This document shows, in pieces, positions 37,114-48,983 of a DNA stretch of 64,000 bases. How positions within the stretch are numbered: position 1 is the stretch's first letter; each line of letters starts with the position of its first letter. Made by a program: the position numbers and the translations under genes. The notes under the pieces are model-generated. The model ran no database searches and had not been told where the DNA came from. It worked only from the letters and a program-made list of their open reading frames with translations. The stretch comes from Pseudogymnoascus verrucosus (Eukaryota), in the NCBI GenBank assembly GCA_001662655.1, contig KV460211.1. One strand, 5' to 3'.

Positions 37114-39387
37114 TCAGCAACACTCCACCCTCCACCCCCCCTCCCTCTCCACCTCATCCCTCTTAACCCACGCATCCACCTCCTCTCTCGCCCCCTCCCC
37201 CTCCGCCACCAGCGCTCCACTCTCCAACATATCCACCCCCTCCACTCCCCCCCCAAAATCCATAATCAACACCCTCGGAATCTGTCCCGTACTCACAATC
37301 CTCCTATAATCCCCCCTAGCCCCCAGTACCCAACTAGCATGCCACTTCGGGAAATCCAGCAGCAGCCCGCCAGTCGCGAGATCAAACACCTTGATACCGT
37401 GGTCGTAGCTCCCGCTTATGAGACGCCCGGAGACGGAATCGATGTGCAGGGATCGCACGAGGAGTTCGTGCGCGTCGATGGTGCGGATGCAGTCGCCGGT
37501 GTGTGCGTCCCAGATGCGGATGACTTGGTCGTTACCAGCTGAGGCGATGAGGCGTCCGTCATCGCTGAGTTGCGAGCAGGCCAGGCCCTTGGTGTGACCG
37601 GCGAATTCGCGGATGCAGCGGCCGGTCTCGATATTCCACAGCCTGACGCTGAAATCGCCACTGCAGCTCACCACTACATTATCGCGCAGCTGCACCGCGT
37701 TAACAGGGCCAGTGTGTCCATGTAGATGGCGATGGAGCGCGCCGGTGTCGCGGTGGAAGACGGCGATGGTGCAGTCTTTGGAGCAGGTGACGATGTATTT
37801 ATCGTCGAACGCCAGGTTCAGCACCGCGGCGCTGTGGTGCTGGAGGCGGCGGATGGGACGGTAGGAGTCGGCGATGGAGTGGATGATGCAGGTCCCGTCC
37901 GAGGAGCCGGTGACGAGGATGGAGGCGTCGTATTGGAGGCAGAGGATGGAGGCGTCATGGTGGGTGGCGTAGGAGAGGGTGGGGGGTGTGCTGTGCCCGG
38001 TGGTGTAGGGGGAGAGGGATTGGACGCCCGTGGAGGGTTGGGGGGCGGAGACTTCGGCGTAGTGGGTTGGGGCGCCGGTGGCGGTGGTGAGGAGGGTGGG
38101 TGAGGAGGTGATGGCGGGGGGGCCGACGACGAGGAGGCATTTGTAGGTGTGGATGTCCCAGACGCGGAAGGTTTTGTCGCGGGAGCCGGTGATGATTTTG
38201 TGTCTGTGGGGGGTTAGGTTGTGGGCATAGATAGAGGGTGTAGAGAGGACTTACTCATCGAATTGGACGCAATAGATACTGTCGGTGTGCCCGTGGAGGT
38301 AGACAGCTAAGGCCTCGCCCTCGCGCCAGTTTCGTTCCAGCTGCTGGCGCGCCTTGTACACCTGCTTCCATTCCTTCTCTGGTAGCGTCGGCGGAAGACC
38401 AAGGCCAGTCCCAGGTTTCACTGGTTTGCCCATGGCAAACGTAGTCGAGTTGTCGCGATAGAAGGACTCCTTCCACACGTAGTTGGTATTAGCCACCTGA
38501 TACCATCTCTTCGACACTTCCGACGCCTGAGCCAGTCCCCTATGATCCAGCATCGACAGAATATGCACCGCCAACTCCTCCGGCAGACTTCCCACGAAAT
38601 CAATCCGCACAATAGCATCTTCCTCCACATCGCGCTGCTGCAAACCATACAGCGGCAACGCCAACTCAACTGCACTCTCACAATCCAAATACACCTCCTT
38701 CTCAATCTGCCTACGTCTCAACATCTCATTCTGCGCCGCCGCCGTCGCCCTCGCCGCCTCCCCACCACCCCTCCTCGGTATAATAGGAGGCGCATTCCCC
38801 CGCCCAGGAATAGGCTCATCAACATCATCAAACGCCCGAAGCGCCTCATGATGTCCCCTATACCCATACCCCACCGTCTCCGCCCTCGTATGTCTAAAGC
38901 TCGCCGCGCTCTTCAGTTTATGCCACGCCGCGCCCGCCGAGGTCGTGGGGCGCGCGCCTGCGGATTCGAAAGGCATGTCGGCGTGCGAGTGTGAGGCGCG
39001 ACGCGGCTTTGGCTTCGCGTGGTTGAGAAGGGAGACGGAGGCGCGGCGGATGAGGCCACGGATGCGGGTTTCTGGCTTTGGGGGTTTGAGGGTTGCGGTT
39101 GGCGCGGCGGCGGTGGTGGAGGAGGAGGAAGACTTGCCCTTGTCCTTGTCCTCTCGCTCGATAAAGGTGTCTTGCGAGGAGGGGCCGAGGTGCATGGAGC
39201 GGCGGAAGAGGTCGGCTACATCGTCTCCGAGGCCGAGGGGGAGAGAGCGTAGGCGTTGGCGACGGATGGCAGGTGGGTATGCATGTGAGTACGCGCCGGT
39301 ACCCGAGTCGGTGTGGGAGGGGATGTAGAAGGATTCTGTGGCCTGGTCGACGTCGTCGACGTAGAGGGTGGATTGCGACTTCTCCAT
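37114..39387 (-). CDS. F-box/WD40 protein of the beta-TrCP / FWD-1 / Pof11 type
   Basis: F-box DFVGSLPEELAVHILSML, LHGHTDSIYCVQFDE|HKIITGSRDKTFRVWD, multiple GH..WD repeats; intron about 38205-38254. Confidence 0.88.
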
Positions 39388-40724
39388 TGTTGGTGATTTC
39401 GCGCGGAGGGAATCCACAGGGGGTGGGTCGTGGGGAAGTTGTGGAGGTTGTTGTTGTTATTAAGGAAGCGACGATGGAGGAGGAGCGTAAGAGGAAGGTG
39501 CGACGTGGTCGACGCTCTCGCGAAGATTCTCCAGGAGGCAAGTTCGAAAGTTCGCCGTCGCAGATTAGGGGATCGAGGCTCTGCTTTCTTCTTTGGCGAA
39601 ATATGGGGAAGATGGGCCGTCGGTGGCCAGTGCTGGATTTAAGGACAGTCGTCTGTTTGGACTAGTCGCGACGGATTCACTTGTGGATTTGTGGATAACA
39701 GATAGAGGCGACAGATAACAAAATTAGGTGGAGACTTAGGAATCACAGTGTAAATAAACACTGGGTATCAGAAGTTTGCCACGGAGTGATATTATCATGC
39801 AGAAGATAGATATCGGCTTCAGAAGTAAGGGCGGTCAGAAATGGGGAATTGTTTATACAAGTATTCTTTAATGGCGAGAAACTAAAAAAATTAAATTTCC
39901 ATGTATTTTCGTACTTTTCCGTACTTTTTCTCAGGTGATTCGCCTGGTTGGCTCGGGAATTAAATTCTGATGATTGGCAGTTTTCGTTTCAATCTAACGG
40001 AGATCCCGACGAGGCTGGAAGCGGGCGGCGGGCGACATACATTGGTTCCAACGGGTATTCGCAGCCTCGTCCTGTCATTTTTGTAGTACAGGACACAGTT
40101 GGAGGATGTATCAAATCTCACATAAACCTCGTAATGTTTGCATGGAAAATGAGGATATCTGCATTAAATCAGGTTGTTGGATGAGTATGGGTCAGGTACA
40201 GGTACAGTACCATAATTCGTAGATAATTCGTAGAGAAGTCACGTTATCTGGAGTACATACATCATAGACGGCTGAGGTAAAATCCGGGGATAACCCTCAA
40301 GGTAAAATATTAAAGGGGTCCATGATCAGACGACATTTACATAATCAAATCGAAATAATGGTTATTTTCTTGAATATATTAATTATATTCATTAGTAGCA
40401 TGTTTTAAATTTTAAATTTTAAATCAAATCTATCTTATGATTATTCTTGCTCCTATGTACCCATTTTTTTAGTTCCTGAATAAACTCATGATTTCATAGA
40501 TTTTGAATATTTTTCTTACTAACCAAAATATCCCTGCACACACCAAACACGACGCCATAACAAAACAACATCTATACAATCTCCTTACACCCTCATCGCC
40601 CACATCGTCTCAATTGAGCAAACTATCACAGTAAGATCATTCATACCCACTTACTACTACTCTACTCTTCCAAACTCAAAGACTAACCACGATACAGAAC
40701 CTCACACGACAACCCACAACCACC

Positions 40725-41228
40725 ATGCCACCCAAATCCACCACCACCCCCACCTCCTTCCGCCTCCCCCTCCTCTACACAACCTTCTTCCTAACAATCG
40801 AACCCCTCTCCACCCTCCTCGGCGCCTACTTCGCCTACTTCCAGCCTCACCACTACCTCACCCTGACCACGCCCTCCACCCCTCAATCGACCCTCGTCCC
40901 CCTCCCCCCCTCTACAGCAATCGTCCTCCAACAACTAGCAAACCTCTACCTCCTCCTCTCCATCACCGAAGCCACGCTCCTCCGCACCACCAACGACCTA
41001 GCCGTGTGGCGCGTCTTCCTCTTCGGCTTGTTGGTGGCGGATGTAGGGCATGTGTGGAGTGTCCGCGAGGCGGTGGGGTGGGAGGGGTACTGGAATGTGG
41101 CGGGGTGGAATGCGATGGATTGGGGGAATTTGGGATTTGTGTATGTGGCGGCTGCTTTGAGGGTTGCGTTTTTGCTGGGCGTGGGGTTGCCGGCGAAGGC
41201 TGGGGGGAAGGCGAAGGCGAAGAAGTGA
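40725..41228 (+). CDS. Small multi-TM fungal membrane protein of unknown function
   Basis: 167-aa ORF; FFLTIEPLS, QLANLY, LLVADVGH, WGNLGF; about four hydrophobic helices; ends KAKAKK. Confidence 0.8.
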   Translation: MPPKSTTTPTSFRLPLLYTTFFLTIEPLSTLLGAYFAYFQPHHYLTLTTPSTPQSTLVPLPPSTAIVLQQLANLYLLLSITEATLLRTTNDLAVWRVFLFGLLVADVGHVWSVREAVGWEGYWNVAGWNAMDWGNLGFVYVAAALRVAFLLGVGLPAKAGGKAKAKK

Positions 41229-41502
41229 ATGAGAGATGCTGGAAAGAAGGGTGGGGATTCGAGAAGGGATGCTAGAAAGGATGTGGGGATTACGAGTGTT
41301 AAGAGAGTAGAGGTGGACTGGGTTAGGAGGAGTGGGAATACCGCCGAGCTTGTTGCTGGGAGATGTCCAGATCATGTCGTACGTCGAAGATATTGGGAGC
41401 TTTGTGAGATGGGAAAACCCAACTGCTGTCTGTAACCCAACTACTGTATTTCTAGACAATATGCACACAACGCAACAGTATAGACCCTGTCCATTTTAAG
41501 TT

Positions 41503-41706
41503 TCTGCGCAAAATCAAACATATTATAGACGGGTATGCGCAAAACCTCTCGAATCACCTGAGGTGATTCTCCTTGATTTTGAGCAAAATCCATTCCCTGT
41601 TGATGAATATGCGCACAAAACCTTCCGAATCGCCCCAGGCGATTGTGCCATATCTGCGCAAAATCAATTTCTTCTTGACGAATATGCGCAAATCCTGGAA
41701 TTCCAG
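41503..41706. repeat. About 2.7 x 75-bp degenerate tandem repeat with internal hairpins
   Basis: GCAAAATC anchor at 41508, 41583, 41658 (exact 75-bp period); inverted repeats at 41551-41569 and 41628-41644. Confidence 0.8.
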
Positions 41707-41731
41707 AGATGGGCCCATTAATTAACAAATC

Positions 41732-43044
41732 CTATAACGCACCACTCGGCGCACCCTTCCACCCCAAAATCTCCCCCGCAAACGCCGAAAACGGAATCCC
41801 TATCCTCTCCAACACCTCCTTCAACTTCCTCCCATCCTCCCTCAGCGCCTTCCATTCTAACTCATCCTTAACCAGCAGCGTGCCCCCCAGAACCGTGCCA
41901 TTCAACGCCACCACCCCCGTCTCCTTAGGATCCTCTAGCCCAGTAGGGAATGCCATCCCCTCCGCCCTCCGCGGCAGGATTATCATCGACGAATCCGTGA
42001 AGGCGAGGTTATAGCTCATCTCCTCCCCTCCTCCATCCGTCCCTGCCCTCTTCTCAAAAGTATCCATCGCATACCTCGCCATCTTATGAAGCGCCAAATA
42101 CGTCTCGTGCAACTTCGCCGGCGAGGGATTCCCCTTTATCGGCGCAGCAAAATACGTAAACGGGATCTTCGCCTGCTTCTCCGCCAGTCCATCAGCAAGC
42201 AGATCCCACTCCCCCTCCCCCAACCCCTCCCTCATCGATTCCACCGGCAAAAACTGAACATGTCGATGCGGCTGGCTAGCTCCCGAATGCGGCCCGCTAT
42301 TGAAGAATCCGAAAAGTCGCTGTCCTGCAGACCGATAGGCGGAGAGGAGGGCATAGACGGCTTCTAGATCGTCGGCGGCGAGGGGATCGGTTTGGGATAA
42401 GAAGGTCTTGGTGGCGAGGATGGTGTGGTTGGGGGTTAGGGCGAATTTGTTGAGGACGAGGTGGTGGGAGGGGCCGATGGGGGTGATGAAGAGGGCGGGA
42501 GGGGGGTTGAGGAAGGGGTTGAACGGGGTTGAGGATGAGGAGCTGGGGCCGTTGGGTTTGGGTTTGGATTTTAGGGTTGGGCAGTATCGGAGTTGGAACT
42601 TGAGGGGGGCGGAGGTTAGCTGAGGACTTTTGTTTTTGGGGAGGAAGGAACGACGGGGGATGCAGGACGGAGCAAAGAGGAGGGGTGGAGGAAGGAGCGA
42701 GGGGAGATACCGGAAAGAGCGGGATAAGTTCATGGGAAGGAGCGAGGAAGAACGCACGAAGGAATAAGAGGAAGGAACGAGGGGCAATAAATATATTTGT
42801 AAGCCCGAGGGGTTAGAGGAAGGAGCGAGGGGCGATATAGGAAGGAGAAAGAGACAATATAAAGGAAAGAATGAAGGGGGTTATAGTTATATAGGAAAGA
42901 AAGAGGGATAGTTACAGGAATGCCATTCACATCCAACACTGCCGCTGTACTGTCGAAGGCGAGAAGGTCGCCCGACTCCTTAGCCTCTTGGAACCTGGCT
43001 GCGACAATATCCGGCAGCCCATCTTGTATTTTAATTGAGCCCAT
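41732..43044 (-). CDS. ATP adenylyltransferase / Ap4A phosphorylase (Apa1/Apa2 family)
   Basis: Exon 1 MGSIKIQ..DVNGIP, intron 42599-42915, exon 2 FQLRYCP..FNPF..VLNKF..FFNSGPHSGASQPHRHVQF (HxHxQ)..SYNL..LNGTVLGGTLLVK. Confidence 0.9.
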
Positions 43045-43573
43045 GATGAGTTGAAGTTGCCAAATTAGAGAGTTGAGTTAGAGTTATTGTTATTGAACCT
43101 AAGGCTGGTAATTATTTGGGTTTGATGTTGGAGCCCCGCGTACGTCACTTTGATCCAGGAGTCTCAAACCTGCAAGGCTGAAAACTAGCCTTACGTTGAG
43201 CCAACCAGGCACCGAATGAACGTGACGCGACCACATGGGGCCGAGGCATCCACAATTCTCCGGCGGACTTCGGGCCAACCGTGAGCGATAGAATGGGAAT
43301 AATTTGGTAAATACTCATCAAGGTGAACTCCGAATGAGCTATGGGATTAACACTATTCAACAAAACAATCAATATCCTACGCCCGTAAGCTTCAAGCCCG
43401 GCTTACGGTCAGCTTACTCTCCTTCTTCTGGCATCCAGAATTCTATTTTATTTCTCCAATTTCCCCACCCATGTTGATTTAGGTAGGACTTCTTCTCTTT
43501 CCATTGCGCATTTATTCCTACTTCCTCTTTCAACCCTCCAATCGAAATTATCTCTCGGCCCAAACATCTCTCG

Positions 43574-44431
43574 ATGGCGCCGGCACCTGTCCCCAAGGCC
43601 CTTGAGGGCTTCACGTCTCTTGGTCCAAGTTCATACATCTATGAAGCTCCAAAATCCGGGAACCCTTTCAGGGACCAAGTCTCACCTCCTCACCCCGATG
43701 TGATCCTATTCATGTCTTGGCTCGACGCCCAACCGAAACATATCGCGAAATACACCGAATACTACAAGACTCTCTTCCCCAATGCCAGCATTATTCTCGT
43801 CGTCGCCTCGACCAAAGATGTCATCTTCCGCTCCAAGGCCGGCGAAACCAAAGTTTACTCGCCCGTCGCCGCCAAACTACAAGCATTCCCACCAAACACC
43901 AGGATCCTCCTCCACAGTTTCTCCAACGGCGGCCTCAAAAACACCGCCCTCACCACAGAAGAATACAACCGACGTACCGGCGACCCCCTCCCGATCCAAG
44001 CCCAGATCTTCGACAGTGGCCCCGGCTACCCGCGCTTCTGGCCCGACCTCCGAGCCATCACTGCCGGGCTACCCAAGAACTTCATCATCCGCACTCTCGC
44101 GACAGCTGTACTGGCTGCGGCGTACGTCTTGTACAAAGCTGTGTGGTGGGTGAAGGGAATAGAGAACCCGATCATAACATACTGCAAGATGATGAATCGC
44201 CACAAGCTTTTCGCGACGAAGGTGCCGAGGGCGTATATCTACAGCCGCGAGGACGATATGGTGCATTGGGGGCATGTGGAGGACCATATGGCTAATGCGA
44301 CGGCGCTGGGTTATGAGGCGCGCGGGGAGCTGTTTGAGGGCACCCAGCATGTGAGCCATATGCCCAAGAATAGCGAGCGGTATTGGGGCATCGTGGAGAG
44401 CGTGTGGAAGTCGAGTTTTGGAAAGCAGTGA
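43574..44431 (+). CDS. DUF829/TMEM53-like alpha/beta-hydrolase-fold protein (PaxU-like)
   Basis: W..A..KHIAKY, HSFSNGG, IFDSGPG, RAYIYSREDDMV, HVSHM. Confidence 0.85.
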   Translation: MAPAPVPKALEGFTSLGPSSYIYEAPKSGNPFRDQVSPPHPDVILFMSWLDAQPKHIAKYTEYYKTLFPNASIILVVASTKDVIFRSKAGETKVYSPVAAKLQAFPPNTRILLHSFSNGGLKNTALTTEEYNRRTGDPLPIQAQIFDSGPGYPRFWPDLRAITAGLPKNFIIRTLATAVLAAAYVLYKAVWWVKGIENPIITYCKMMNRHKLFATKVPRAYIYSREDDMVHWGHVEDHMANATALGYEARGELFEGTQHVSHMPKNSERYWGIVESVWKSSFGKQ

Positions 44432-45163
44432 AGGAGACTCGGTGCATATGTTGCGGTGTCTTCGAAGGGAGATACTGAGCGACGACGATGCGGTTGAACT
44501 GGTGGCGAATTCCGGATTTCTTATGTGCGATTGATTGGCGATATCCAGCGGAGTTTCATTTACGATAGAGACGATAGAGACAGAGCAAACATAAACAGAT
44601 GAAGCTTTTGCAAGCACTTACCGGCGCCCAGCGCATAGTGAGCAGTTCAAACACGATCTACGACAGAGGGGATTATCGTCAACCTTCAATCCTCAACTCG
44701 ACGATTTCTTCCACAATCAGTGATTTTCTCCATCTCGGGGTATGTGTCCCCTGGTTTCGGTGGAGATTCGTATTCCCGTTCTCCGCTTTCAAGACCCGCC
44801 CCCACGCGTCGCGGGGCTCAATTCTCCCACCCACAAAAATGGGGACACGTGATTGGTGGATAATCTCCCCTCGGTCTTCCTATCGTCGCGCTTCTCCATT
44901 GGGATGGCGGGGTGATGGAGGGGATAATCAACACTGCCGAAATAAATGCGAGTTGGCTAAGAGCAACATGGCGGGGTTAAGAGGAGAGTTTTTGGCGTTT
45001 CAGCGGGCGGTGGCTTTGCTCTTCCTGACTTTTTCTCTATTCCCTCTTTTTCCCTCTTCTCTCTCGTCCTTCTTCATACCGTAAAGTCATATCTCTTTGA
45101 CCAATTTAACTCTCCCACTCTCATATTTACTCATATCGTCCATCGACGACCCTAACCCTCACA

Positions 45164-46178
45164 ATGGTTTACCCAGACACCTTCACCGGATTCCAAGTCT
45201 CCGGGCCCGCCCCCGCTGAGAAGCTCGACTTCACAAAGCAAGAGTACAAGCCCAAGCCATTCGAAGACTACGATGTCGACATCAAGATCGAAGCCTGCGG
45301 CATCTGCGGCAGCGATCTTCACACTATCTCCGGCGGCTGGGGCAAGCAGCACTTCCCCCTCTGCGTCGGTCACGGTACGCCTGCCTCCTCACCCTTCCCC
45401 AACTTCCCTACCCTCCTAAAACTCACACTCCCTCGCAGAAATCATAGGCACAGCCATCCGCGTCGGCCCCAAGGTCACCCTCATCAAGGAGGGCTCGCGC
45501 GTCGGCGTCGGCGCACAGTCCTACTCGTGCCTCGACTGCCGCCAGTGCAAGAACGACAACGAGACCTACTGCGTGCACCAGCGCGACACCTACGGTGCGC
45601 TGTGGGAGAGCACCGGTATCGTTTCGCAGGGTGGTTACTCTTCGCACGTCCGCGCGCACGAGCACTGGGTGTTCCCCATTCCAGATGCCCTGACCTCCGT
45701 CCAGGCCGCGCCTATGCTGTGCGCCGGTCTGACAGCCTACAGTCCTTTGGTTCGCAACGGTGCTGGCAAGGGCAAGAAGGTTGGTATCGTGGGTATGGGC
45801 GGAATCGGTCACTTCGGTGTTCTGTTCTCGGTTGCGCTTGGTGCGGAGACTTGGGTTATTAGCCGTAGCCACGCGAAGGAGGCGGATGCGATGAAGATGG
45901 GCGCTACGGGTTTCTTGGCCACCCAGGATAAGGAGTGGAACGAGGCGCACAAGATGACTTTCGATCTTATCATCAACACTGCCAACTCGCTTGAGGGCTT
46001 TGATCTCGGTGCTTACTTGAGCTTGTTGGATGTGCACGGTCGCTTTATCAGCGTCGGACTGCCAGAGGGTTCGGGAGCGGAGGTGCGCGCGCAGGATCTG
46101 CTGGGCAACGGGTGCTTGATCGGTGCTAGCCACTTGGGTAGCCGTCGTGAGGTGTGGGGCGAATCTGTCGTTTTATAG
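45164..46178 (+). pseudogene. Zn-dependent NADP alcohol dehydrogenase (Adh6/CAD type), apparently 3'-truncated
   Basis: CGICGSD, GH|E (intron 45375-45438), CLDCRQC..YC, GMGGIG; recognisable similarity stops at GASHLGSRREV and TAG follows 8 codons later. Confidence 0.7.
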
Positions 46179-46964
46179 CAGAAACTACAGCCATGATTTT
46201 CGGTAGGTATATCTGTGACCCGACAACATCCCTAGGCTATTTAGAATTCTTTGGGTAAAGCAAAGCCTCGTCAGCCTCACGTTATTCCTACACACTTGCT
46301 TCCACCAGGAGCTAAGCGTCGTGATGATTAAATAGCGAATAAAATCCATTCATTCATTTAATCGATTGCCTCGAAGCGTCCTCTTCCTGATCAAAGATGG
46401 TGTAATCTTCATTAATACATTCCGAGACCGTGATATAATGTACGATGGGATGATAGATGCATTTAGAAGAGGGATGGTCTGTCTAGGGAAGTAGGAATAG
46501 GAAATTCGTCTCTTAGCCGGATCATGCTCCAGCGCATGCGTACTACGGGACCCAATACTGCTTAGGAAATTGCGAAAGATCTAGTCTCACGACTTGCCCT
46601 CCTTTTGTATGCCAGCAAGTCGTCTTTGAACGGTCCTACTAGAATCCCCATTGTCGCAGCCGATTATAGAGCCCCGTCACCCCTGATATTGTGTCATAGT
46701 TGAAAAACCATCACATACGACCATAGACTCAAGAGAATTAGACATCCCATCCGCTCTGCCATACACAAGCTTGTAATTCAGTGGATTGATGCTCTCAATC
46801 GTGCCAATAGGCATACCGTGGAATGTCAAAAATCCGAAGCTCGATACTTCGTTTATAAGCTTGGCGGGCGCTGCCTACAACCTTAAATCAGGACATCGTG
46901 TTGAAAAACAAACGTGTGCAAACAAGCAGCTGCAAACCATCTAAAACCAAGCTATTGTCTCGCA

Positions 46965-48251
46965 ATGTCCGCTTCAGCGGTAATATCTCCGGTGCAACAT
47001 TTAGGCGCAATAGCTATTGTTTCTCCTCTTGTGCTAGCCTATGCCATTGCTTTTATCGATCCATCAAATATTCTCCAACGCGCTTCAATCTTTCTGCTGT
47101 CCGTAGCCATAGCCGGGCAGCTGCAATACTCCGCTCCAGTGTTCACAGGGAATAGCACATATGATGGCATATTTATGTCATTGGTCTGGGTATTTCATCT
47201 GCATGCTTTCGATTTGGTATTACGGAAAGCAGTATATTTGGGCGAGGTGACGGCTCGAAAATCAGCTCAATCAGGACTCCAGCGAACTTATACAGCGTGG
47301 TGCCTTCTGTTTAACTGGCGCAATATAACCACGCCATGGACCGAAAAGGACCCTGAACCTTCGAGAGAGCGCCTAGGATATGTTCCGAGCAATGGCGTAT
47401 TTGTGACAAGAAGAGTAGCTTATATCATCCTTCTGTACCTGGCTCTAGACGCAATGTTCTCATTCCTCCTAGCCCCTAACATGGAAAACGATATTCCTGA
47501 GCACAAGGAAGCAATTTCCCCCCGGATAGAGGCTGGCACACTCCGTATTATTGCTCGGGTTTTACCAGCTATACTACCTACAATACTACCTGCATTCTCC
47601 CTCTACGGCATGATTACAATCCCATACAATATTGCATCGATAATTGCAGTCCTCTGGGGTGGAGGTAAACCAAAGAACTGGCCTCAACCACTTGGTAGTT
47701 TTCTGGGCGGGTATTCATTCCGTCGATATTGGAGGTAAGGCTGGCACCTGATTCTTCGAAGTTCGTTGTAGCTAGTCGTTAACAGAAGATGTCGTAGGGC
47801 AACCTGGCACAGATTCCTTCGGTCAACTCTAGAAACTCTCATTTCTTACATCACTACTCACGTACTCTTCGTACCTCCCACTTGGGAAATATTCTCGCGC
47901 TGTGTTCGTCTCTTCCTTGCGTTCTATGTCACCGCCCTAGTTCACCCCCCTAGTGCGTTCGTTTTTGGAGAAAGCGCCTTTGCACTAGATGTGCCAAAGT
48001 TCTTCTTTATGCAAGCTGTCGGGATTGTGACAGATGATACATTACTCTATGGTATGGCGGTAGCAGGCCGAGGTGCAACTGATAATGTAACTGCGAAGAG
48101 GACGGCCAAACTCTGGGGCTATATATGGGTCATAGCATGGACTGCTTGGACTGGGCCAACTTCTACCTGGATTATTAAACGAAAATTGGTTCCGGGCAAA
48201 GACGATGTTTTGCCGTGGAGCGTAGTTAAATGGTTAGGATACAGAAACTAA
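46965..48251 (+). CDS. Membrane-bound O-acyltransferase (wax-synthase/MBOAT_2-type acetyltransferase)
   Basis: Multiple TM segments, FNWRNI, WPQPLGS..YSFRRYW|RATWHRFLR (intron 47735-47797), FFFMQAVGI, GYIWV. Confidence 0.8.
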
Positions 48252-48499
48252 TGAGCGTTTAAGGTGCACACATTACCGTTTAGACCCTCGTTCTTTATAA
48301 TGCAGAAGATGAAGCCCCTTACACTATCTCTCGCATAATGTCCACAGCATAAGCAATATTCACATGAACCCATTTACTTCTCTAAGTCACAGTGAATTTC
48401 ATACAATTTGCACAGCCTAGTACTACACCTATAACCTTTGACCTAGAGGACTCGCGACCGTCCCAGAACCACCCACATTGTATTATAAAGGTGGTAAGT

Positions 48500-48667
48500 C
48501 AACGTCCATAGATCTGATATGTTGATGTGACAACCTACGTAGATACAATATGTTGGTCTAACAACGTACGTATATATGATATGCTCACAAGAAAACCTAC
48601 GTAGATATGATATGTTCGCAGGACAACCTACGTCGATATATGATATTTCTTAAAGATAACGTCCGTC
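48500..48667. repeat. 31-bp minisatellite, five units plus a partial
   Basis: Units start at 48500, 48531, 48562, 48593, 48624 and partial 48657; consensus CAACCTACGTAGATATGATATGTT plus variable tail. Confidence 0.85.
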
Positions 48668-48983
48668 CCTAAGCGGCGGGAAACCCGGTGTGCCGGAAAA
48701 GACCAATTAGATCGCAAGGATCGCGGGTTTTTCTCTACTACGTCCCCTTTAAATCAACTACACAAAAAGGTTTTATATTTGAAGGTCTTCTCCTATCTGT
48801 GAAGAGGTTGACATGTGGACTCTGGAAGAGCTCAAGGACGGGACCGTATGCTGCAGCGACTTTTGAACGTTGAAATTTGTCTAATTTTCCGGCACACTGG
48901 GTTTCCGCCACATAGGGCTGCTAATGTCTGCCCTCGACGATCTAAGTTACTGTCTCTCTCTCCCTCTCCTCTCATCAAACCGC

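Noticed and set aside
14616..39387. Functional clustering of F-box genes (Grr1 and F-box/WD40)
   Set aside because: 20 kb apart with unrelated housekeeping genes between; likely coincidental
46151..46290. Intron rescuing the ADH C-terminus
   Set aside because: Candidate acceptors after GTGTGG lead to near-immediate stops and no ADH-like residues
48500..48667. CRISPR-like array
   Set aside because: Eukaryotic context, degenerate repeats, ~7-bp variable segments and no cas genes
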